NCBI GenBank assembly: GCA_002633005.1
Contig: NMRA01000216.1
Location: 263,823 to 327,822, forward strand
DNA length: 64,000 nt
From: Phoronis australis
Taxonomy: Eukaryota > Animalia > Phoronida
Direction of reading: 5' to 3'
Below, piece after piece: positions 27,101 to 40,459 of this stretch. Below the pieces are notes generated by a model. The model was not told the origin of the DNA, ran no database searches, and saw only the letters and a program-made list of their open reading frames with translations. A program made the translations under genes and the position numbers. Numbering within the stretch: the stretch's first letter is position 1; each line of letters starts with the position of its first letter.

Positions 27101-30100
27101 TTACAGGTTGGCTTGTCACGGTGGGTTATTGTATGCACGGAGTGTGATGTCGAGGAATAACAAACTGTCAGTCCTTTCAAAACCTAAAAATTACTTCTCA
27201 TCTGACTAAGGAGCACGTTGAGGCCAATTTTACAGTGGTTAGTAAAATTAAGTCGACAGTGCCTTTCGTGTACGGAACGTGGGTTCATAGCTGCGTTTAA
27301 GTCAAAAATAGTTGTAACAATTTGTCTGGATAAGCCATTAAAACAACTTTCTTCCACTTCAGAGCATTAACCAAATTATTGCCAAGAAGATGACTGAAGA
27401 CAGAAGTCGGGACCACGTGCATGCCAGGCGAGTTGCTAAAGAGTACGAACAAACAACAAAGGGCCTCAACCGTAACATGCCGTCGGTACCTCCACAAAAC
27501 GCACCTGATGAGTGTAAACAGGTGAGTGCATTAGTTTAACATAAGATGTTGTTAAATATTTTTAATTTGTAGTTTGTAGTTAGTAATTACTTTTATCAAG
27601 ACAGTTCTATTGGAATAATGTCAGATGGCAAAATGTTTATTGTGCTATTAAATGTTTTATAGAGATTCAGTTGTTGGTTATGGATGTTATTGTTGTTATT
27701 GCTATTATTTTACCGTTTGCTGTATAACATGTCTTACATTTTTCTCCAGGTGGAGCTGTGGAAAAAATACATCCAGTGGGAGAAAAGTAACCCCATGAAA
27801 ACTGAAGATCACTCTCTCATCACAAAAAGAGGTAATTTTTATTTGCCCTTGCAGTACGCACTCATTGTGATGAATCGGGGGAAATTACCAAAAAACTGTT
27901 CATGTTTGGCATATGTCCTGTGTTGAGCATAGATATGCGCTACATTTGATTAAATTTGACAATTCATGTGCTTTCCTAGATGGTTCCTTCTAATTTGTAG
28001 AAATTTTGGAAATGACAAAAAGAGTTCCCTTCCCCAAAAAACTTGTGCCAAATGAAAAGCTGGGAACTCCTGGGAAGTATCTTCACTTTACATGGTATTT
28101 CACGATTTTGGGGCATTCTGCTATGCTTGACAAAAAATCACTAGCACCTTGGTTTACTGTTTTGTGAGTAAATTGACTGGACATGTGGAAGGTGAAAGCT
28201 GTATCCTGTAACACTCGTGCAGAACTCGTGAAACAAGTTGTGAGTGAGAACATTCTAAGACAAACTGCGACATGTTGAAGTGCCAGAGTGTACACCATAT
28301 AATGGTGTGTGTCTTGTTACAGTCATGTTTGCCTACGAACAGTGTCTTCTCTGCTTGGGTCATCATCCAGATGTGTGGTATGAGGCAGCGTCCTATCTGG
28401 AACAGTCCAGCAAACTGCTAACAGAAAAGGGGGTAAGACAACTGAGAACAGAAACTTGATATGGTTTTTGTTGTTGAGAGGTCTTCAGATTTTGATGTAG
28501 GATTTTATGCTGCTGTTGAATTTACTAGGTGAATATTAGGGGAGTTTTTACGTAGTGTCTACCCTGTGAACTATTTTCTATAATCCGGAAATGAAAGGCT
28601 TAGTATACACAAGGCTGTTGTCAAAACCGAGGGTATTGTTCTGAAAATAGCATTTTGTTAGGAACTAATTGTCTTCATGGGTTTTTCATCCTTATTTACG
28701 TAGTTCATGTAACTGGGTCATCTAAGCTTGGGGTAACATAATATCTCTGTTTGTTTGTAAACACATGTTACACAGAGTAGTTAAACAAACATTATGCACT
28801 GAAAGGCAATGGGACATTGCTAAGGACCTAGATGGAGCTGCACTTCGAAAATAATTAGTGGTGTCTTGGTCACTGCCCCTTAGCAGACTTGGACTCTGTG
28901 ACCTGAAAAATCAACCATGCGTTTAGAGTTTTGCAAAAATGGTTTCGAACTAGTATTTAAGGTTATGTTGGACCTTACTGACAAATCTGAGTATATTATT
29001 AAGTATCTACAAAACTATAGAATTAAATTTGTAAAAATATTTATTTCCTGAATGTAGAAAGCCTGTAGCATTTAATTTTTGACTTTTTTCTAATCTGACA
29101 TAGATTGGGTCACTTCTTAGGAATTAGGAAAATTTAGCTAAAACAAAGGTACATTGAAAGCGAAACAATAGCATGATTAAATTTTATTTGATATAAATGT
29201 TGAAGGTGAAATCTCAAAAACGCTTTCGTTTTCTTTTTATAATGTGTAACTTTTAAATTTTTTTTCATGAAAATCGTGAAAGTTTTATTTTTCGATAACC
29301 TTGCAAAATTGGAATACTTTGAAAAATACCTAACATTGGTTTTTTAGAATGCGCCATAAATCATAGCATCTGAAAGTTTCATATGAATTCGATCAACCAT
29401 TTCCAAAATATGATGTCTCAAAGTTAGCCAGATTTGGACATTTTTCTAAGGTCTTGCAAAACCTTAAATAAACTAAAGTTGTAGAATTTGAGGAAGCATA
29501 GTAGTTGCATTGGATTTATTATGTAGTGCTGAAAATTTTCAATTGTACTGTCAGCTCTTGTTACCTGTATATTTCCAGTCTCTCCTTTTTACAAGGTTTT
29601 TATGAAGTCATCTTTGTGTATTTTTGTATCATCACTCAGTATTGATGGCACATTGTTATTTGTAGGACCAAAACGCTGGTAAGCTGTTTGCTGATGAAGC
29701 TGCTGCCATCTATGAGAGAGCAGTTACATCAACTATGACAGCAAGCATGCTCATTCATTTTGCCTATGCAGATTTCGAAGAGGTGGGTTGATATTAAATG
29801 TAGCAATGCTAAATAATTACTTACAGGGGTCCTGCCTTTTGAGAACTAGTTTGACGCCTGTTATTCAGTGGACAAAACTGGTTCTCAAAATGTAGGATCC
29901 TTGTAAATGACTTACTACTAAGGAAATGCACTGCATCTTGTAAGGCTGGTTGTTTTGTTATCAAATGTTGATTTACATTTTCTCAAATATTGGGACATCT
30001 TGCCTGTTTAAAATACAGACTTACGAAGAAAAGCTAATAGACATTGCACTTTGTGAAATCATGCAAAACAATCCTTTTATTAATATTTTGTAGAGAATCT

Positions 30101-33100
30101 TAAGAGTTTAACCTGATGTTGAACATAATCCTGATAACATGGATGAACAGTTATTGTAAATTTCCATAAAATAATAAAAAATCAATTATAATGTAGCGTA
30201 CAGTCACACGCACATTAGATGTCTCTCTTGTTGTTGTTGTTGACCCAGCGGTTTACATGCGTATAATGATAATACCATAACAGTGGCTCATAAAACTTTA
30301 TTTATGATATGATACGTTAACACTATCTGATGTTGTATAGATTGTTTTGGCTCTATTGCTCAGGTTTCACAACCTGTTTGAATGTGTGTATTATTCTTGT
30401 CTGCACATTTTAGCTTTGGCTTCAAAAGTGAAGTATTACTATGTATGGGTTACATCATGTTTTTCAGAGTCGTATGAAATACGAAAAGGTGCATAGCATC
30501 TATAAGAAGTTTGTAGCTGTTACTGATATTGACCCCACTTTGGTAGGTGTTCTCTTGTACATAATGTAAGAAAATTACTGATCAGAAAACATCAATTGTA
30601 TAATTATTTGGCAAGTTACCTGTACAACTCATCGTAATTTACGTGTTGACATTCATGACTTAAGCCAAAAAGTAACAGGAGACAACACGCAAAAAGAGAT
30701 TTGACAATCGATTTGTGCCAAGCGCTTAAACGTTTATTTCCATTTCGTTTCCTTGGTTATGTTTAACTTTGGCTGTACTAAGAAATAAAAGTAGTTATTG
30801 CAACAAAGTTAGACTTCACCTTATCTTCGTTATGGTGCAAAACTTTTGTTTCATTGTAGGCTTATGTACAATACATGAAGTTTTCACGGAGAGCTGAAGG
30901 TATCAAAACCGCCCGTTCAGTATTCAAGATGGCACGCGAAGACCCCAGATCAAAGTTTCACGTTTTCGTAGCTGCAGCACTCATGGAATACTACTGTAGT
31001 AAGGTAGTGTCTAACTCTGTTTAAGGACAGTCACATTGTTCACAACTTGTAGTAATAGCTGAAGCATCAATAGTGCCACATAGAGCCACCTGTTGGCATT
31101 AACACGGAATTATCTCTGTGTTTAAGGACTGTCACATTGAGCACAACTTGTAGCAGTACGGTAGCTGAAGCTTCAACAGTGCCACTTAGAGCCATCTGTT
31201 GTCATTAGCATGGAATTAAATATGTGTTTAAGGACAGTCACATTGATAACAACTTATAGCAGTAGGTGCAGCATAAACAGTGCCATGTGGAGCCATCAGT
31301 TGGTATAATGCAGAATTAACTCTGTTTAACGACAGTCACACTGACCACAGCTTATAAAAGTAGCTGCAGCCTCAACAGTACCATGTGGAGCCATCTGTTG
31401 GTATTAATGTAAACTTAATAAGTCAACAATCAAATGTTTTTGCATAAGACGGCAACTTTATAGTTGAACTTGACAGTTCAGAAAGCTAGTCATAATTACA
31501 TTATCAAGAGATTGAGAAATAGCAGGGATGTGACGAGTGGTAGCTAGGTTGCAAATCTTGGGCTATTTTTCTGTGGTCACGAACAAACAAGGAATTTCAT
31601 TAATATACAAAAATATTGTTTATTACTTATATAGTATTAAAAATCTGCTACGGCCAGAGTGCAGCCTCATAAACACCCCAGTCGTGATGGTTGTAGTTGG
31701 ATGCAATGAATACTTTCAGTCATCCAGTTAAGTAAATAATATGTAGAAAATTAAATCAATTACTGGACTTACTGATTGAGTTGGCTACGAACAAGTGGAG
31801 AAACCTAGCTTAAACAGACGAGGGGGCCTGAGGTTTCTGTTGCCAAGAACATGGGATAGGGCACTAAAGAGTATCCCACGCCAACTGTGCTGTCGATCAC
31901 ATGATGAGTCATGTAATATCTTAGTGGCCTGCCAAAGTCCTCGAGAGGAAGATGCAATGTAGCCAACTCAATCCATAAGTCCAGTAAGTGATTTATACAT
32001 ATTGTAGTTGGATGTTTATGATCTTAAATGTTAATATAGTGTTCAAATCTTAGTCCTAAAATGAGTCTCTGATTAGGATTTAATCTCCTGTTATTTTCCT
32101 GTACCTTGTCGGTCTTGAATTTATTTTGTTAATTTTCTCTCAAGAAAAGTTGAAGTTTAAATTTATAAGATTTTACAATGAAATGCAATATCTGAAAATT
32201 TTTCCGCAATTAACATATTTGTAAAAAGGTTGGCTTTGAGGATTGAAAAGTATTGCTTGGAAGACACAGCAATGTGGTCATGTGTAATAGTGGTTTTACA
32301 CAATCATGCTTGTATATTTTCTACCTCTTTTAAAGAAGAGCCTGTGAAAACACGTGTTGTTGCTCTTCTTAGATTGAAGATTTCTTTGTTAGGGTGGGAA
32401 TTCATGTACTCGATGGCTGTTACTATTGTAGGACAAAGGAATTGCCTTCAAAATATTTGAGCTTGGCTTGAAGAAATATGGAAACTTCCCGGACTTCATC
32501 AAAAGTTACATCGACTACATGTCTCATTTAAATGGTGAGTGTTATTTTTGTTGACCCTTTGTTTATAGTCTTCGATGGCATCACCAGAGATATATGGTAC
32601 ATGAAAAACAGAGAATTGCTTTACTCTTGTAAAAGAATGTTTCAATAGTGCTCATAATTTGATTGTTATTTTGCTGACAATATTTTGTCTTTACGAGCAT
32701 TTGCTTTGAAAGCCTGGCAAATCGCTTACAAACAAGAATTTGATATCACTACCACCAATACTATCCAAGATGATGAATCTGTATTTCAGAGGACAACAAC
32801 ACTAGAGTTTTGTTTGAACGAGTTCTCTCATCAAACCAGCTGGCTATGGAAGACTCTCTGTAAGTGACTTGACTATCCATCCACTTGCATAATACTTAGG
32901 GTCTGCTTTAGGATGAGTAGGAAGTGTCTCTACCATTTACCGTGATATTCTGTGTTGCCTGAACAAACCTGGTCACACTTCTCTTAAGTGCTCGTCATCT
33001 GGGATTCTGTGGAATTGAAGGTATTTTTGATGGTGTTATATTAAGTCTGTGACATTTAACTGATATGGTGCTGACATATTGTGAGCACTATTGGGTTCAT

Positions 33101-36100
33101 GTTTCTAGAATTTTCTTTGATGGGCCCTGTTAAATTATTGTCCAATCAAAAGACGGCATTCTACCTTATGTAGATTTGTGTGGCCAATACTGCAAGCATA
33201 ATGGTCTCATAACGACCACATTGGCACTGGTTTTACATGGCACTTCTTGAATTTCAGGGACATCTGGAATCAGTTTCTTGATTTCGAGTCCAATGTTGGG
33301 GACCTGGCCAGTATTGTTAAGGTTGAGAAGCGAAGGAACCAAGTCATGGAGAAGGTTTGTACATGTCTCTAACCTGTCCACTCTTCTCATGTCATCCGGG
33401 TTACTTTGCATATTTGTCCAAACACGGATTCAGGAACAGTGGAGAGGTTGGACAAGGGTAAAATGATGGGATTACTTGAGCTTCCTTCATGTGAGCAAAA
33501 TAATATAGATCCACACTCAGTGTCTCGGCACTTTGTTTGTTGATTGAATTAGAAATGGCTACTTCTGTGCTACTGTTATCGAACCGCTGTCCACAAGTCC
33601 CTGCAAGTCTGTTTTTTTTTAACGGGAACCATTTACTCATTCGAGCAAACAACTTACTAGAATCCTTAGTCAAACATGTAGTAACTTGTATTTCGTACTA
33701 CCCTCACAGATTGTATAGCAGGAAATTTATTGTCTGATATGCAAGTGATGGAAGTTGACAAATGAAAGTTGATCTGGTGTATAGCCATATGAATTTCCAG
33801 TGTCAAGATATTTAATGAATAGTTCTCTTGTTTCAGTTACAAGAGTTTGAAGGGAAGGAGACATGTCAGTTGATTGACAGGTACAAGTATATGGACCTGT
33901 TGCCCTGTACACCGATGGAGCTGAGAGCTCTTGGCTATAAGGTTTGTACCTCACTAACTTAATGTTACATCTTTAATTCACTGATTAGATCATCACGCTC
34001 TCAGGTGCTAAATTGTCTGAAGTTATGTAATGTCACAACACTTTCGTACAAAGGCAATTAGTAAATTTGCCCTGATTTCATATTAATTTTAAGGTGTTCT
34101 AAATCATTGTGAATGTCCGTAATTTACCAAAACGTTGTCTAATGGTTGCTATTGTACAACACTATGGTAAACATTAAAATGTGTGAAAAAATTTTAAGTA
34201 AATACAACTTCGCTTGCACACCATATTGTGTCCTAAATTACTGTTACCAGTAATTCCCTCTAGTGTTCGGATCACTGGATACCTTTTTTTGAACAAAAAT
34301 GAGAAAACGATTTCTTTGTCTGTGTCCTAATTTGATGGGATTTTATGGTAAAAAGAAAGTGTAACCTCGGTATTTTGGCATTGTAATATGTCAGAAAAAC
34401 GACAAGAAAACATAGCAGTGTGGTTGACGAATATGGCAGTAGGATAACTTGTCGTCACTGTGAAATTCCTGTTGTTCTCACCGTGATTTTGTATTCAACT
34501 GTGTTTAGGATAAACATCCCAGTACTGTGCCATCATCAGTAATAACAGTAGTGTCAGAGTCCAGCGGTAAGAAAGCTGATCTCGATGACCTAGCAGATCA
34601 GGGTCCACGCTACCCCAAACCTGACACGGGCCAGATGTTGCCCTTCAAGCCAAGACTCAATGTCCGTGAGTAGCATTTTGTTTTCTGTGATCTTCATCGT
34701 ATAATTGTCCGTAAGCGTTTTGGATTTAGTACAGTTAAATGCTGTTAATCTCTCACGATGCATTTGTGGTTTAGCTTATTGTGTTGTCAATTGAGACAGT
34801 TCGGATTGTCTCTTCAGTCCAGCTTCCACTAGTTTCAGTTGTTGCCGTATCATACTTTTTTGTTGTTGCCAGTTCTGGTAGTTTCTAGTTCATTAGATAG
34901 GAATTCATAACTTCCACCTTTTCGTCTCGTCGTGAAATGGATCCAAGGTTTGTCTGCGTGTTCTGGTCCGATGTTTGCTTGTGACTGACAGTTCTGCACT
35001 TATATTGTCTGATTGTCATTCGTCCATTACAGCTGTTGGAAGTCTACCTGTGCCTGGGGGAATATTCGGTCCACCAGTAGCTGTTGGTCAACTCATGGCT
35101 AATCTACCCCCGCCTTCGTCTTTTAACGTAAGTTTCATGATACTAACAGTGGTAACTTAGTGTTAAGTTTCACAAGAGGCATGATGTATCGTTTTAGCTG
35201 TGACACTACTTGGCTGCATGGTTGCAAAAAGTACCTGGATTGAACCTCGTTCGGGGACGAGATCTTTTCAGACTAAATACATTTGACAGGATTTGGCCAC
35301 CGTATGGCTTATATGAAGACTATTGATTCTTATTTATCTGATATCTGTTTCAGCTCAATGCCAGAATTAAACTTGTATAGATCAGCAATAGCCTTTTGCA
35401 AAAGTTCCGATTTAAACTTTGATGTTGGTTGTGAACAGACTATTCGTATGCCTTTATTTGGACAATCTTTTCATTAAAAGTTCAGCAGCATATTTTCCAT
35501 GCATATAGGAGTTTTTTTTTTGACCATTTTCTTCTTTTTTGATCAATAAGATTTTCTACTTTCAGGGTCCATTTGTAATAATGGATAAATTCATCGAGAC
35601 CCTGAAAAATCTCTCCCTACCAGATGGTAAGACTGCTAAGTGCTGCTTTTTGCTTTAATGTTTTCTTTTTTAAGTATGTAGCAGTAATTTAGGTGCACAA
35701 TTCCTTCGTTCGCACTGCAATTTCTATCCTCTCATGTTACTCATCTTCACTCGTGTGTGCTGGGATATGAGCCACCAGTGATAGTAAAGCTCGTGTGCCT
35801 GGGTGTCGTGTGAACACAGTACTGTTATTTTAACTGGTAAATCATGTCTAGTCTGCAATGACTACCATTCTGTTTATTCTTTCAATAACCTGTGTGGGTA
35901 TTCTTGTGTTAAAGGTCCACCGACAACTGAAAATGGAGATGTTAAACTGGACCCGGGCACAGCCTACACTCTTGATGTGATGCGTGGTGGCGTTCCAAGG
36001 AAACGAAAAACTACGAACAATGATGAGAGCGACGAAGAAGATAACTCATCAGCGCCACCTAGTAATGATATTTACCGGGCTCGTCAGCAGAAGAGAGTGA

Positions 36101-36105
36101 AATGA
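9107..36105 (+). CDS. CSTF3: Cleavage stimulation factor 77 kDa subunit (CstF-77 / suppressor of forked), about 727 aa, 21 coding exons
   Basis: GT-AG exons join in frame: 9107-9166, 11267-11368, 11478-11573, 22014-22046, 25008-25105, 25556-25657, 26339-26465, 27363-27521, 27750-27831, 28323-28432, 29666-29782, 30468-30542, 30860-31003, 32432-32534, 32790-32859, 33258-33354, 33837-33941, 34509-34665, 35033-35127, 35566-35626, 35915-36105. The peptides [68 protein letters not shown] and [12 protein letters not shown] are CstF-77 hallmarks. The first exon is the least certain. Confidence 0.96.
11621..12083. mobile_element. Non-autonomous DNA transposon (MITE), TTAA-type ends, copy 1
   Basis: Terminal inverted repeats TTAAGGTTATGTAGGACCCT ... 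AGGGTCCTACATGACCTTGA; a similar copy lies at 28957-29467. Confidence 0.75.
27014..27239. mobile_element. Dispersed MITE-like repeat family (TGGTCTCAAC ends)
   Basis: Visible similarity to ~55548-55780, with partial copies near 14453, 16130 and 22283. Inverted ends ACTGGTCTCAAC / GTTGAGGCCAAT. Confidence 0.6.
28957..29467. mobile_element. Non-autonomous DNA transposon (MITE), TTAA-type ends, copy 2
   Basis: Ends TTAAGGTTATGTTGGACCTTA ... TAAGGTCTTGCAAAACCTTAA; internal sequence parallels 11621-12083. Confidence 0.75.
31013..31408 (+). repeat. Minisatellite, about 4 diverged copies of a ~99-bp unit
   Basis: The unit TGTTTAAGGACAGTCACATTG...CAACTTGTAG...AGTGCCAC..AGAGCCATCTGTTGG recurs four times, starting about 10 nt after the CSTF3 donor at 31004. 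Confidence 0.9.
31752..31995. mobile_element. MITE with ~36-bp imperfect terminal inverted repeats
   Basis: TAAATCAATTACTGGACTTACTGATTGAGTTGGCTAC ... GTAGCCAACTCAATCCATAAGTCCAGTAAGTGATTTA. Confidence 0.7.
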
Positions 36106-36570
36106 TTTTACTAGCCTTATTCAGATTCTTAGTTGATTTCCATGCAGAAATATTTTCAAGTGGTTTTCTGAGCCATACTTTAAAAGTAGTTGGTAGTTGA
36201 AACCAGCCAGGATAAGTGCACGTCTGATGTATGGTAGAAATAGTAGGCAGAAAGACGCATTGAAAGTTATTTGTATGTTAAGCTCATTACTTCTTATTGA
36301 AAAAAGTGAACCTATATTCGGTGTACTTTTGAAGCCTTAATTTCAAACGGAGGTGAAATAAGTTTGAAACAGTTTAACAAGCAACAATTTATTCTAGACA
36401 TTGCCATCCTGACCAAAACACAACCTTAGAAAAGTAGCAGAGTTTCTACTTGCCAGTTATGACTTACATGAACTGATAATAGCCAAAGAAAACATCACTC
36501 ACCATTTGCATTAAGTATGTCCTCAGATGATAGTGGTGTTGCCTAATATGCAACTACACACTGTCGCTTT

Positions 36571-37538
36571 AATAAATACATCATGAGAAACGTGTTGTTT
36601 GGCTGCCATTGCCCATGTCTCTGGTTGTCAGTTGGACCGAAGTACTGGTATTAAGGAAGGGAGACAGTGCATTGTAATTGCAGAGAAAATAGGCTTTTAC
36701 ATGACGTGTTTGCTCTGCAACAAAACGGGTAGACCCTAAATATTTTAACAACTCCCGGTGTTGTTGGCTAACTTTTAGATATTTTATATCTAGTTTTAGA
36801 CTCCTTCTGGTGGTAACGTGTCAAAGCAATTCACACTGTCTGTTCTGTTTAAAGAAAGAGTTGTGGTTGTAATTTTATTGTTAATAAAACTGTTCAGTTG
36901 TGAATATTGAAATATTGTTCAATATGGAACGAGATCTGTCACAAGTGTTAAAACTCACTTCTGTTTATGTTGTATCAAGTGCTACATGACAAGGCAAAAA
37001 TGACCAACTTTAAAGTATTAATAATAAAGATAAAATAAGAGGTTTTTTAAGTGAAAAAGAACACTTACGGATTTCATTCGGACCACAGTGTAAACATAAA
37101 AAACAAGTGTTGATTCACCTTATGTCATAAATCGATTTTGTAAATCAAAACATCGACTTGCTGTGTTGCGAAATGAAGAATTTCAAGATGATGATGGTAT
37201 TGTCTACACAGCACACCATATGGCTTTTAATGGTATCCTATTTGGACTTGTTAGTGCAGTCATTCAACCATGCTGTATAAAGTGTTAATACTGTGGTGAT
37301 TGAGAAGCTGTTATAGGTTAGGTTAGCAAGTTTTAAATGTATTAGGTGTTCCAACATGGTCAGGGGTTGCTGCTTTGGTCATGTAAAGTAGTAAAAAGGA
37401 GAAATTGTAAATTATTGCCTAGATAATAAGCCTTTTTCGCTTTAATTTGCCAATGTTACCCAGCTTTGTAAATAATATAGACTGCCACTGACTGAACTCT
37501 GTTTGTTGTGTCCTTTTCCAAGTTCACTTATCAATAAA
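36571..37538 (+). terminator. Tandem candidate poly(A) signals of the CSTF3 3' UTR
   Basis: AATAAA at 36571, 36883 and 37533; the first and last are followed by GT/T-rich downstream elements. Confidence 0.55.
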
Positions 37539-38080
37539 AGTACAAATATTTTAGTAACTCATTGTTGATTATTTTTATGAAAGTTGTGTCATGCAGTGTG
37601 GGGGTTACCGATTTCAGATCATTGTTTGGCAATCTTGTGATATGAATTTACTGGTCAGGTCTTTTATGGGAGTAGCTACTAACTGTTAATTTAAGTGTTG
37701 TTTTGTATACCTTCAAAAAGCAGTGTCAGTAAAAGACAGATATATCTGAACAAGACTACGACATCAACAGAGTTTAACAAGACGAGCATGTAATATTTCT
37801 GATGGTTTGTTTCCGTACCATTCAAAACAAAGAAAACTGGGCTGACTTGTGTAGCTAGAAAAACGACATCTCTGGAGACATGGATGTGTTTTCAGTGAGA
37901 GCACGGGATTTGGTTAGATTTTTCTCGCAGTGACAGTTATTGAACGCTGGCCCATTTCTGTGCACTCCGTGAAACAATACAACTTTGTCTGCTTTCACTC
38001 GAGGCACTGACGGAAGAACAACATATTGTAACTTCGGTCACTTTTATGGTCGCTTAGTGTACTTGCGACACTCACACTCT

Positions 38081-38137
38081 CCACAGGTCTCCAGATTGTC
38101 GGTCTCGTGCTCTTCCGACTGAGCTACCTAAGACCCG
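38081..38137 (-). mobile_element. tRNA-derived fragment (SINE head or tRNA pseudogene)
   Basis: Minus strand GGTAGCTCAGTCGGAAGAGCAC forms a D-arm/A-box, followed by an anticodon-like arm. There is no GTTCGA T-arm or B box. Confidence 0.5.
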
Positions 38138-40459
38138 ATATCTGTGCAATAACTGTTTGCACCCAAGAGTTTTATTATACATCCCATGAGAGACGCCAAC
38201 GGCACAAGTAGTTATGTTTTTCACAGATGTCAATTCGGATGGGTTTGACACAATAGGCCTATGTGGCATCTAATGGACATTCTTATGATTCTAAAAATAC
38301 TCACTAACCCCTTGCAAGGTCACAATTTGGCGTGTGAAGTCCTATTTTAAACAACAATCGGGACCACTGCTGTGCCTCCGAATGAATTTTTTTCCAAAAA
38401 TCAGTGATTTGCGCCTGTGTTTGTCTTTACAGTTCCTTTGCGGATTTTCATTTAATTTTACCGGACAGTGTTCTAAGAAAGAAGACGACTTCTTGCTTTG
38501 AATACGTTCAATGTATTCTGTGCCATTTGATGACCATTTTTACGAAGCTTTTGTTTACAGGGGATCGAGCCGGTTCAGTGAAACCTCCCCTTACAAACAT
38601 GAACTTAAGTTTTTCGCTGAAAACTTAAGTTTTTCAGTTGGCGAAAAATATCTTCCGAAAAACTTAAGTTTTTAAAAGAAACTTAAGTTTTTAAAACTTG
38701 AATGATTACTCTGTGAACTTAAGAGTTGTATTAACGTTCAAGTCTCTAAAACTGTCGAATTTACCCTAAGGACAAAATTCCTGGGGGTCTACGGTCCAGG
38801 GTAGTGTACAAATTTATTTGTGCTGGATGTGCATGGCTCCAGTTATATAGGCCAAACTGTTCGCCATTTGAAAAGCAGGACCAAGGAACATCTAAATTTC
38901 TGACAGATCGAAGTTCACAAAGGCATGTAAATATTCACCTACAGACCTCCAATCATTGTTATCACCGGTGCTTTTTCTTCGCGCTTCACGCTGTTGCTGT
39001 TTCATTTTGCTATAGACAACTAAATACAACCTATAAATGAAAGCGTTGATGGAACAAACGTGACCTTCCTGATAGAAGACAATCTTCAAGGACAAACTGC
39101 ACAAAAAAGCTGAAAATCCCCCATCTTCAGTTGTATAAAGAAAACCCAATATTAACACAAATTTCATATGTCATTACCTAGTCTCTGTACGCTCCTCACT
39201 CACATGGGAACATTTGTATCAAAAATTACTGTAAGCCACCATGTTTCAGTCCAGTTGTTAAATGTTATCAACTGTATTTAAAGATGTCGATAACCTGCAA
39301 AAGACGCATATTCATATGTTACCTCACTCAGTCTAACATGGTTGCTTTTCACTAACAGCGAATGCTGGGCAGTGGTTTGTAAGCTGAGAAATTGTGCCCG
39401 CCGGAGAGCAAGTGGTACGGACAGTATTGTTTCACTGGACCACTTTTGTCTGATCATAAAGTCTTTACATACATTGGCGTATTGTTATGTGGGTCTGTAC
39501 TGAGCTGAGAAAGGTAAAAATATCGTAGGCCAGAAAAGTCTAATCATCATCTATATGAAGAACATTCAAAACCTATCATAAACAGAACCTCAGAGAGTTG
39601 TGTTCTGTAACTATTGTCTGATTGTCATCAATATTTAGACCTGATGACATCACACAGCATACTGAGCGGTACCAATGAAAAACTAATATTCATTAAATTG
39701 CACGTTTAAAAAATGAAATTAGTATTTCCACTTTATTTGCCAAAAAAAAACAACACTTTTTTGAAATGTTCAGCAAGTGTTATTTGAATTTCTTCCTTAA
39801 TCAGATAAGAAAGGATTCAATGTACAGACCCCCGCTATAAGGCCATGCATGCTGCCAACGATTGACGATGTCATAAGTGAGATATAAAATGAAAACACTT
39901 TCACCACGGAATTAGGAGCAAATCACTGAAGTTGCGAGCTCTAAGCACTGGCGCCGGTACACACGGGGGGATGAGGTGGCAGCAGGTCACAACGGGGGCA
40001 TGACAAACTCTTCATTGCAAAACCCCTCTCGGTACGGTATGTACTAGTCATTCATTGTACATACTAGCTCTTAATCCTTTTCATTGCAAAGGTCCCAGGT
40101 TGCCAGTCACGTACCCCACCCAACCCAAGACACCTTTGGAAACAAGACCAGAATATACATAATCATCCGCGGGGCAATAAAAATCATAATTCGATAACAG
40201 TTATATTAACTTCACGACAAACAAATTCGTGTCCACCATTCGAAATTTTACCAGAGATGCTATATCCCAAGTAGGTAACTATAAAATCTTTGATTTTACT
40301 TAACAGCTGCATACTAGATGTCGCAAACGCTTGCTTAATCTCAAGATGAGTTGCGTCGTGAACTCGGAACAGAAATTTATATCAAGCTCACGATTCCAAC
40401 TTCAGCTGTCAGCAGCTCTCACTAGGTGGCGCTACAGAAATTGATCGCAGTTGTGAAAA

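Noticed and set aside
31013-31408. CRISPR-like periodic array
   Set aside because: The whole unit repeats with no unique spacers, and it lies in a eukaryotic intron, so it is a minisatellite.
38081-38137. Functional tRNA gene
   Set aside because: No T-arm/B box and no closing acceptor stem.
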